Assembly (NCBI GenBank): GCA_016432485.1
Contig: CP066691.1
Coordinates: forward strand, 676,944-740,943
Direction of reading: 5' to 3'
Length of the DNA stretch: 64,000 bases
Source: Candidatus Niyogibacteria bacterium
GTDB lineage: Bacteria; Patescibacteriota; Minisyncoccia; HO2-45-28
Shown here: positions 1 to 6,963 of the stretch, piece after piece
How positions within the stretch are numbered: position 1 is the first letter of the stretch
Layout of the letters: each line of letters opens with the position of its first letter
Position numbers and translations under genes: made by a program
The notes under the pieces: model-generated
What the model was told of the DNA's origin: nothing
The model's database searches: none
Seen by the model: the letters and a program-made list of their open reading frames with translations, nothing else

Positions 1-201
1 AAAACAGGCCATGAACACGGATCAAAATTAGAGTTGGTAAGATTAACCGTTCCTCGCCGGGTCTATACCAACGACCATCTGGGATATGTCGCGGAGAATA
101 TAATTAATCTCTTCAAAAAAAGAAAAACCGCGCGCGGATTAAAAATGGTTTATGAACCGAAGCAGTTAAGATTTTTCCAGGCGAAGTTTAAAAGAATATA
201 A
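1..201 (+). CDS. 3' fragment (C-terminal ~66 aa) of a tryptophanase/tyrosine phenol-lyase family beta-eliminating lyase, cut by the window start
   Basis: Frame-1 translation reads ...LELVRLTVPRRVYTNDHLGYVAENIINLFKKRKTARGLKMVYEPKQLRFFQAKFKRI*, matching the conserved C-terminus of TnaA/TPL (RLTIPR..YT...GL.F.YEPK.LRHF.AK). Absent from ORF track because no start codon in window. Confidence 0.5.
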   Translation, partial: KTGHEHGSKLELVRLTVPRRVYTNDHLGYVAENIINLFKKRKTARGLKMVYEPKQLRFFQAKFKRI

Positions 202-221
202 AATGGATGTGGATAAGCGGG

Positions 222-250
222 TTGACTAATTTATTCGTTTCTCTATAATT
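222..250 (+). promoter_or_regulatory. sigma70-like promoter (TTGACT-17-TATAAT) upstream of metalloprotease gene
   Basis: TTGACT at 222-227, 17-nt spacer, TATAAT at 245-250; 30 nt upstream of ATG 280. Confidence 0.5.
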
Positions 251-279
251 TCACTAATTAACAATAATTTTAAAAACTT

Positions 280-1083
280 ATGTCGACATCGAACAAAAAA
301 TATTTAATTATCGGCGCGCTTGCGGTTTTTTTGACCGGAACTCTTATAGTGTCAGCCAACCATTCATGGGGCGGATATCATTGGGGCAGAACCGCCAATC
401 CTTTTACGCTTGAGTTGGGAAGCAATGTTTCTGAAAAGTGGCTTGAACATTTGAATACGACTGCCGCCGATTGGAGCTTATCAGCCGTTCTTGATACGGT
501 GGTTGGCGCGGGAAAAACCAAGCCAAGAAATTGCAGAGCAACTGACGGCAGAGTTGAGGTTTGCAGCGCCTCTTACGGATTTAATGGCTGGCTTGGAATC
601 GCCCAAATTTGGATTTCTGGAGACCATATTGTAAAAGGCGCAACTAAAGTCAACGACACTTATTTTGACATGCCGGATTATAACAAGCCGGAATGGAGGA
701 ATTTGGTGATGTGCCAGGAGGTTGGGCACACATTGGGTCTTGCTCATCAAGACGAGGCGTTTGATAACCCGAATCTTGGCACCTGTATGGATTACACAAA
801 CGACCCCTTAACCAACCAGCATCCGAATCAGCATGATTATGACCAACTTGAGGCAATTTACGCGCATTTGGATAGTGTTCAGACCGTCGGTTCTTCCGAT
901 GGCGGAAGCGGGCCGGGAAAAGGCAACGGCAAGGGGAATAAATTAGGCGCCGGTATTGATTTAGATAATCCTTTAGAGTGGGGGCGGGCTGTTAAAAAAG
1001 ACGCACAGGGAAAAAATTCGCTCTTCGTTCGCGACTTGGGCCGAGGCGAGAAGGTTTTCACTTTTGTCATTTGGGCGCGCTAG
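280..1083 (+). CDS. secreted metzincin-type zinc metalloprotease (HExxHxxGxxH), N-terminal signal/TM segment
   Basis: Motif QEVGHTLGLAHQDE = HExxHxxGxxH (metzincin zinc site); hydrophobic N-terminus LIIGALAVFLTGTLIVSA; Gly-rich tail. Confidence 0.7.
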   Translation: MSTSNKKYLIIGALAVFLTGTLIVSANHSWGGYHWGRTANPFTLELGSNVSEKWLEHLNTTAADWSLSAVLDTVVGAGKTKPRNCRATDGRVEVCSASYGFNGWLGIAQIWISGDHIVKGATKVNDTYFDMPDYNKPEWRNLVMCQEVGHTLGLAHQDEAFDNPNLGTCMDYTNDPLTNQHPNQHDYDQLEAIYAHLDSVQTVGSSDGGSGPGKGNGKGNKLGAGIDLDNPLEWGRAVKKDAQGKNSLFVRDLGRGEKVFTFVIWAR

Positions 1084-1165
1084 GACTCTTATTTTAAGCC
1101 ATATTCAAACAGTCGGCTTTTCGTTATGATGAATAAAGAAAGCCGTAAAGCGGGAGGCGGTTTAC

Positions 1166-2038
1166 ATGAAACTCGCGCGTTGTTTGATAGTAGCTGGCGT
1201 TGCGGTTTTTTTGTCCGCGGGCTCGGCACAAGCCAGCGAAAAGCCGGAATTTTCTTTTTCATTTCTCGGTTTCCATAAAAAACTTGAAAAATACCGCCCA
1301 AAGATTGAAAAATTAAGCCGATATTATGGGATTGACCCCGATCTCGCCTTAGCCATAGCCATGTATGAATCCGGAGGAAACGAGGGGCTGGTGTCGCATG
1401 CCGGAGCGAGGGGCATTATGCAGGTTATGCCTTCCACGAAAGACAGCATGCAGCTTGATGACGACATTGAAGCCGGCATAAAGTATCTTTCGCGTCTTAA
1501 AAAAATTTTTGGCGACCAATCCTCAAAAATAATCGCGGCTTATAACGGAGGCCCGGGAGCGGTCAGGCGCGACCGATTGCGCCTTGAAACTATTCAATAT
1601 CTGCAAGGCGTTTCAATGTATCATCACCTGCTTAAACAATATAGGAAAGAAATTGATAAAGAGGCCGCGGATTTGAAAATTGTTGAAATTAAAAATGAGA
1701 CCTGGCGGGATGTCTCCATCCGTTTTCGTGTCTCCATTTTGGAACTTCGGATGTATAATCCTTTTTTGGCTCATCGCGGAGAGTTAAAGATGGGCGCGCG
1801 AGTGGTGGCGCCGAAAATATCGCGCCTCGGAATTAAAAAAGAAAATAACGAATTGATTTACATCGCGCGCTTGGGAGACGAACAGCATCTTTTGGCGAAT
1901 GTATTTGATGTTTCTTACGATGAATTTCGCAGGCGTAACCATCTTTTTCTTTACGGCGCTGTCTACCCCGGCATCGTGATACGGGCGATAGCGCGGGAAT
2001 ATCTTTTAAGCGGATGGCCCGTAAATAATAAAAAGTAA
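1166..2038 (+). CDS. lytic transglycosylase (SLT domain) with signal peptide and C-terminal LysM-like region
   Basis: SLT catalytic motif AIAMYESGGN...GARGIMQVMPST...AAYNGGPGAV; signal peptide MKLARCLIVAGVAVFLSAGSAQA. Confidence 0.75.
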   Translation: MKLARCLIVAGVAVFLSAGSAQASEKPEFSFSFLGFHKKLEKYRPKIEKLSRYYGIDPDLALAIAMYESGGNEGLVSHAGARGIMQVMPSTKDSMQLDDDIEAGIKYLSRLKKIFGDQSSKIIAAYNGGPGAVRRDRLRLETIQYLQGVSMYHHLLKQYRKEIDKEAADLKIVEIKNETWRDVSIRFRVSILELRMYNPFLAHRGELKMGARVVAPKISRLGIKKENNELIYIARLGDEQHLLANVFDVSYDEFRRRNHLFLYGAVYPGIVIRAIAREYLLSGWPVNNKK

Positions 2039-2042
2039 AAAT

Positions 2043-2068
2043 CCCCCGAGCGCTCGGGGGATTTTTGT
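2043..2068 (+). terminator. rho-independent terminator after lytic transglycosylase
   Basis: CCCCCGAGCGCTCGGGGG hairpin followed by TTTTT. Confidence 0.7.
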
Positions 2069-2069
2069 A

Positions 2070-2086
2070 TGGAGATGGCGGGAATT
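2070..2086. repeat. 17-bp direct repeat of the tmRNA 3' end (TGGAGATGGCGGGAATT), ~175 bp beyond the gene
   Basis: Identical to 2263-2279 (tmRNA 3' acceptor/T-arm); classic att-like duplication. Confidence 0.6.
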
Positions 2087-2220
2087 CTCTTCACCCGAAA
2101 ATTTTTGGCGCTTTCAGCGCATCAAAATTTTCTCCTTCAGAGCCAGGGTTTTCAAAAAAGCAAAGCAGTTTGCTTTTTTGAAATACCCTTCAATTCCCGC
2201 TACCGAACCATACAGCAAAT

Positions 2221-2254
2221 AAAAATCACCCCGCGCAAGGCGGGGTGATTTTTA
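2221..2254. terminator. bidirectional hairpin terminator immediately 3' of tmRNA
   Basis: AAAAATCACCCCGC-GCAA-GGCGGGGTGATTTTT perfect hairpin flanked by A/T runs on both sides. Confidence 0.6.
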
Positions 2255-2261
2255 TTTGTGG

Positions 2262-2606
2262 AGATGGCGGGAATTGAACCCGCGTCAGGAAATTTCGGGC
2301 AGAAACGTTTACAGGCGTAGTCCCGTCTTATTTTCGTTTCGCAACTGAAGACGGAACAAAACATTGCGAAACTTTACTTCTTTGAGTCGTTGCAAACCGA
2401 AGCTTGTTTGAAACCAAGCCCCATAATTTTACGCTCCAAGCTCTTTATGAGGCCTCAAGAGCCGGAACGGCTTACGCTAAATTAAGCGTAGGCGAGTGCT
2501 GGTTGATAGTTTGCACTTAGAACTGCCTAGCGGATTTGCGAGGTTGCCAGGCACCCTCGGCATGAAGTTTTTTGCCTTCAAATCTCCTTCGAAGCCGGTC
2601 ATCCCC
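2262..2606 (-). ncRNA. ssrA: tmRNA (ssrA)
   Basis: Minus-strand 5' end GGGGATGACCGGCTTCGAAGG... and 3' end ...GCGGGTTCAATTCCCGCCATCTCCAC (tRNA-Ala-like T-arm/acceptor); internal tag ORF GCA AAC TAT CAA CCA GCA CTC GCC TAC GCT TAA (ANYQPALAYA*); adjacent smpB. Confidence 0.85.
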
Positions 2607-2638
2607 GTCTTTATTATATACACTAAATTTTGCAATTG

Positions 2639-3682
2639 TCAAGTTAATGTTTTATTTCCCCGACGCAGCGCGTTTTCTACAATGTCCCTGATTAAATCGT
2701 TATAATCAATGCCCGCAACTTTGGCCGCATCGCCGAACTCTTCATTTAATGATATGTCGGGATTGGAATTAACTTCTAAAATATAAGGCCTTCTGTTTTC
2801 GCTGACTCGTATATCAATTCTGGCGTAATCACGACAACCGAGCAATTGAAAGGCCTTGAGCGCTATTTTTTCGAGGCGGTTTTTTAATATGGTTTCAATT
2901 TGTGCCGGAAAACGAGCTCTAGTGCCATATTCTCTTTTTGTGGAATTCCACTTTGCTTCGTATGAGAATACTTTAGGTTCTGTCGGATCCAAGCCGCTGA
3001 AATCAAGTTCTCCAATTCCAAAAATTCTTGGAGGATTGTCTACGACCACCACGGTAAACTCCCGTCCTTCAATGAATTCTTCAACCAGCGCCGGCTGCTT
3101 ATATCGCCCGTGAATGAATTGTATTTTTTCTTCCGCCTCTTGAAATGTTCCGACTACGGATTTTTTAGTGATGCCGACGCTGCCATCTTCTCTGACCGGT
3201 TTGATAATAAAAGGCGGGGTTATTGATTCAAGATTCGGTTTTTCTCCAATGGGGGCGTAAACCGATGGCGGAACCGGAATGCCCGAAGAGCGTAAAATTT
3301 GTTTGCAGCGCATCTTATTTAACGAAAGGCCCAACGGCATAGGTGGGGCGCCGGTGTAAGGCAACTTTAAAAGTTCCAGCCATCCGGCAACATACATTTC
3401 CGTTAGACTCCTGTGCGGGTGATTATGAAGAGACACACATAAATTAAAAATCACATCCGGCTGTATTTTTTCAAGCGCGGCTGTAATTTTGGAATCAGAA
3501 TTTTTTAGATTTAATGTTCGGACATTAAGCCCCGTTTTTTCCAGGGCTTGTTTTACGTCTTTAACATCCTGCACATCTTCTTGATCGTTGAGCTCGGAAT
3601 CAAAATGGTTTTCTATTTTTTGCAGTGGTTCGATGTTCGCGGCGTTGTATAAAATCAAACAAGTTTTTCCTTCAAGTCTCAC
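2639..3682 (-). CDS. ddl: ATP-grasp D-alanine--D-alanine ligase family protein
   Basis: ATP-grasp core FIIKPVREDGSVGITKK...EEFIEGREFTVVVV and Ddl-like C-terminus EVNSNPDISLNEEFGDAAKVAGIDYNDLI. Confidence 0.6.
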   Translation of the reverse strand: MRLEGKTCLILYNAANIEPLQKIENHFDSELNDQEDVQDVKDVKQALEKTGLNVRTLNLKNSDSKITAALEKIQPDVIFNLCVSLHNHPHRSLTEMYVAGWLELLKLPYTGAPPMPLGLSLNKMRCKQILRSSGIPVPPSVYAPIGEKPNLESITPPFIIKPVREDGSVGITKKSVVGTFQEAEEKIQFIHGRYKQPALVEEFIEGREFTVVVVDNPPRIFGIGELDFSGLDPTEPKVFSYEAKWNSTKREYGTRARFPAQIETILKNRLEKIALKAFQLLGCRDYARIDIRVSENRRPYILEVNSNPDISLNEEFGDAAKVAGIDYNDLIRDIVENALRRGNKTLT

Positions 3683-3739
3683 TATTTAATTGTAAAGTAT
3701 TTTATTTACAGTTAAAGATGTGTATAACTAAAAATTGAT

Positions 3740-4186
3740 TTATTCGTGTTTCAATTCTCTTTCAATCTTTCTTTTTGATTCGCGTTCTTTTATTTTTGCT
3801 CGTTTATCGTATTTTTTCTTTCCTCGGGCTATTCCAATTTCCATTTTCAGCACTTGTCCTTTGGCATAGATTTGTATCGGTATGACGGCGAGCCCTTTTT
3901 GTTCTGATTTTCCGGCCAGATAGTTTATTTCACTCTTTTTTAAAAGAAGTTTTCGGGTTCGCTGCGGTTCGTATTCTTTTGGCGTGTTTGCCGCCTGATA
4001 CGGTGGTATTTCCATTCCTATTATATAGGCCTCGCCCCCGCGGATTATAACGCGCGCGCCCAAAAGCGAGCCCTGTTTATTCCGCAAGGCCTTAACTTCA
4101 AATCCGCGCAATTCCAACCCCGCCTCCAGTTTTTCCAGAATCTCATAATCAAAATATGCTTTTTTGTTTTGCAATAGGCCCGTCAT
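3740..4186 (-). CDS. smpB: SsrA-binding protein SmpB
   Basis: KKAYFDYEILEKLEAGLELRGFEVKALR...LLLKKSEINYL typical SmpB; next to tmRNA. Confidence 0.85.
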   Translation of the reverse strand: MTGLLQNKKAYFDYEILEKLEAGLELRGFEVKALRNKQGSLLGARVIIRGGEAYIIGMEIPPYQAANTPKEYEPQRTRKLLLKKSEINYLAGKSEQKGLAVIPIQIYAKGQVLKMEIGIARGKKKYDKRAKIKERESKRKIERELKHE

Positions 4187-4232
4187 AAAAGAATTATCGC
4201 ATTTTTATCTATTTTACGATAGATTATAGGTA

Positions 4233-5804
4233 ATGCTTCGCGGGAGAATAAAAAAAGAAATTGAAAAACTTGCGCCGAAGGGGGCGGAATTTTCCATTTT
4301 TCGGCCTGAGCGTGAGGCGTTCGGCGACTATTCGTCAAATGTGGCGATGATTGCGGCTAAGGCGGAGAAAAAGAATCCGCGCGAACTTGCCGCGGATTTT
4401 AAAAAGGAACTGGAGAAATCAGGTCTTTTTAAAAAAATTGAAATCGCGGGCTCCGGATTTTTGAATTTCTGGATTACGGACGGAAAGGTTGCGGAAAGTT
4501 TTGGGCAGTTATCAAAAATTAAAGGATTGCCTAAACTCAATTTAGGCAAAAATAATAAAATTCAAATTGAATATGTCTCGGCTAATCCAACGGGCCCTCT
4601 TACGCTGGCTAATGGCCGGGGTGGTTTTTTAGGAGATGTTTTGGGTAATGTTCTGGGACTCGCCGGTTTTAAACTTGAGCGGGAATATTATGTTAATGAC
4701 ACCGGAAATCAAATAATAATTTTGGGTAAATCAATACTTGCGTCAGCCGGACTGATTCCCCGCGAGGAAATATTTTATAAAGGGGACTATGTTAAAGACT
4801 GGGCAATAAAAAATAAAACCAAAGTTAAAAAGTTTAAAGATAATTCCTTAAAACTGGGTCAAGAAGCGGCAAAGGATTTTTTGAAGTCAATTAAAAATTC
4901 TTTGGAAAAAAAAGCAAAAATAAAATTTGACCGTTGGACTTCCGAAGACAAACACATCCGCAAGAGAAATTTTGTGGAAAAAGCGCGGGCGCTTTTTGAC
5001 AAAAAAAACCTTATCTATAAAAAAGACGGCGCCGTGTGGCTGAAAACAACCGATTTTGACGACGATAAGGATAGGGTCCTTATAACTTCCGACGGCTATC
5101 CGACATATTTTTTGGCAGACTCCGGACACTATCTGGAAACTTTGTCACGAGGGTTCAAGAAAAAAATAAATATTTTGGGTCCTGACCACTACGGATATGT
5201 TGCGCGTATTCAGGCGGTTGCCGAAATTGTGGGAATGGAGGAATCCGAAATTATTGTTACCCAAACCGTGCGACTGATGAAGGGCGGAGAAGAATTTAAG
5301 ATGTCCAAACGCAAAGGGACATTTGTGGAATTTGAAGAACTGATTGATGAAATTGGGTTGGATGCTTCTCGTTGGTTTTTTTTGGAACGCTCGGCCGATA
5401 CCCACATGGACATTGATTTGGAATTTGCCAAAAAACAATCGGCGGAAAACCCCGTTTATTATGTCCAGTACGCGCACGCGCGCGCCGCTAGCATTTTAAG
5501 AAAAGCTCGCGCCGCGAGCACTCGGCCTCCAGCTTCCGTCTTCCAGCCTCAAGAACTGAGTTTTATAAAAAAACTTCTTGAGGTTGCCGATGTTTTGGAA
5601 GACACGGCGAAAGATTATCAAGTTCAGCGCCTGACCGCTTACGCCCATGAACTTGCGCAGGCGTTTTCGGCTTACTACCGAGATGTGAAGGTTTTAGGCT
5701 CGGGCGAAGATGAATCGCGCCGGCTTTTCATAGTAAAGTCCGCCAAAAATATCCTCGGTTCGCTCTTGAAGCTTCTCGGCATCTCGGCTCCGGAAAGGAT
5801 GTAA
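4233..5804 (+). CDS. argS: arginyl-tRNA synthetase
   Basis: IEYVSANPTGPLTLANGRGG (HIGH-region equivalent), C-terminal DALR region PVYYVQYAHARAASILRKA. Confidence 0.9.
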   Translation: MLRGRIKKEIEKLAPKGAEFSIFRPEREAFGDYSSNVAMIAAKAEKKNPRELAADFKKELEKSGLFKKIEIAGSGFLNFWITDGKVAESFGQLSKIKGLPKLNLGKNNKIQIEYVSANPTGPLTLANGRGGFLGDVLGNVLGLAGFKLEREYYVNDTGNQIIILGKSILASAGLIPREEIFYKGDYVKDWAIKNKTKVKKFKDNSLKLGQEAAKDFLKSIKNSLEKKAKIKFDRWTSEDKHIRKRNFVEKARALFDKKNLIYKKDGAVWLKTTDFDDDKDRVLITSDGYPTYFLADSGHYLETLSRGFKKKINILGPDHYGYVARIQAVAEIVGMEESEIIVTQTVRLMKGGEEFKMSKRKGTFVEFEELIDEIGLDASRWFFLERSADTHMDIDLEFAKKQSAENPVYYVQYAHARAASILRKARAASTRPPASVFQPQELSFIKKLLEVADVLEDTAKDYQVQRLTAYAHELAQAFSAYYRDVKVLGSGEDESRRLFIVKSAKNILGSLLKLLGISAPERM

Positions 5805-5931
5805 TACGATTTACTTTGTTTTTTGCAAAACTATCAATAAAATTTTACATACTCTTTGGGAGGGAAGCGTCCCACAAAATCATTAAAATTACATACATCA
5901 TTTCCGTACGATCGTACAAAAATGATGTATA

Positions 5932-5959
5932 TTGACAAAATTTGTATTCAGAGTATACT
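5932..5959 (+). promoter_or_regulatory. sigma70-like promoter (TTGACA-16-TATACT) preceded by nested palindrome 5890-5930
   Basis: TTGACA 5932-5937, TATACT 5954-5959; upstream ACATCATTT-CCGTACGATCGTAC-AAATGATGT nested inverted repeat (GTACGATCGTAC perfect 12-mer). Confidence 0.5.
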
Positions 5960-5965
5960 TTAAAA

Positions 5966-6158
5966 TCATGCATTATCAATTTTGCATGGCCAATAAAGGT
6001 CTTAATAACCCGACTTTCGTCCGGGATATTTCCCGCGTTTCGAGGGAGGACCATTTGGCCAAAAGCGATTTTGTTTAATGCGAATTTAATTTAAAAATCA
6101 ACAATTAAATTTCACAAAGACGCCCCGGCTAAATGGAGTCGGGGCGTCTTGTTTTGTT
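5966..6158 (+). ncRNA. candidate small RNA or regulatory leader (~190 nt) bounded by own promoter and intrinsic terminator
   Basis: No credible ORF; internal stems CATGCA..TGCATG, GGCCAA..TTGGCC; ends in GACGCCCCG-loop-CGGGGCGTC + TTGTTTTGTT. Confidence 0.4.
6119..6158 (+). terminator. rho-independent terminator directly upstream of GNAT gene RBS
   Basis: GACGCCCCGGCTAAATGGAGTCGGGGCGTC then TTGTTTTGTT. Confidence 0.65.
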
Positions 6159-6187
6159 CTCTTATAACCATGGAGGAGGAAGCCAAA

Positions 6188-6907
6188 ATGGAAAATAACG
6201 CCGTATCTCTTCGCGGAAAAAAAGTTGCGCTATGTGTTCCGGATAGAATTAAACATCTTGAAAATGCCATCAAATGGATGAACGATCCGGAGGTAACCCA
6301 ATTCGTCACCACTTATTTGCCGGTAACCAGAGATTTTGAAGAGGCGTGGTTTGATAATTTGGGAAAAGAGCGCGAAAAAAACGTCGTTTTCGCGATTGAA
6401 ACCAAGGACGGCAAACACATCGGCTTTACCGGACTGCATAATATAAATTGGCACGACCGAACAGCTGTCGTCGGAGCCATAATAGGCGATAAGGAATATT
6501 GGGGCAAAGGACACGGAACAGATTCAATGATGATTTTACTTTCTTACGCTTTTCTTACTCTGGATTTAAGAAAGGTGCGCGCTTCGATTCTGGCTTTTAA
6601 TCAAAGAAGTTTGAAACACGCGATCAAATGTGGCTATCGCAAGGAAGGCGTTTCAGAAAAACAATACTATAAAAACGGAAAGTATGTTGATGAAATTTTG
6701 ATGGCCGTTTTCAAGAATAAATGGATTTTGTTTCAGAATAGGGAGTTTCGTGAAAAAGGGGAATTGACCTTTCCGCAAGATATTTGTCCGAAATGCGCTG
6801 GAAAAATGAAAAAGCTTGCGAGGCCGGTCAGTCGTTCGGAATATCGGAATTGTTGGCGCTGCGAAGATTGCGGTTTTGAGACCGAACTGACAGAGATGCA
6901 GAAATAA
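6188..6907 (+). CDS. GNAT-family N-acetyltransferase (RimJ/RimL-like) with C-terminal CxxC...CxxC zinc ribbon
   Basis: RBS GGAGGAGG before ATG 6188 (track start 6149 probably too early); acetyltransferase core FAIETKDGKHIGFTGL...YWGKGHGT; tail CPKCAGK...CWRCEDCG. Confidence 0.65.
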   Translation: MENNAVSLRGKKVALCVPDRIKHLENAIKWMNDPEVTQFVTTYLPVTRDFEEAWFDNLGKEREKNVVFAIETKDGKHIGFTGLHNINWHDRTAVVGAIIGDKEYWGKGHGTDSMMILLSYAFLTLDLRKVRASILAFNQRSLKHAIKCGYRKEGVSEKQYYKNGKYVDEILMAVFKNKWILFQNREFREKGELTFPQDICPKCAGKMKKLARPVSRSEYRNCWRCEDCGFETELTEMQK

Positions 6908-6921
6908 TAACTCGCGAATTA

Positions 6922-6950
6922 GGCGCCCTAGAAATGGGGCGCTTTTTTAG
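6922..6950 (+). terminator. hairpin terminator between GNAT gene and ileS
   Basis: GCGCCC-TAGAAAT-GGGGCGC + TTTTTT. Confidence 0.5.
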
Positions 6951-6963
6951 TTAAAGTAATCCT

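Noticed and set aside
2496-2705. 69-aa + strand ORF
   Set aside because: Overlaps the minus-strand tmRNA gene and has no RBS.
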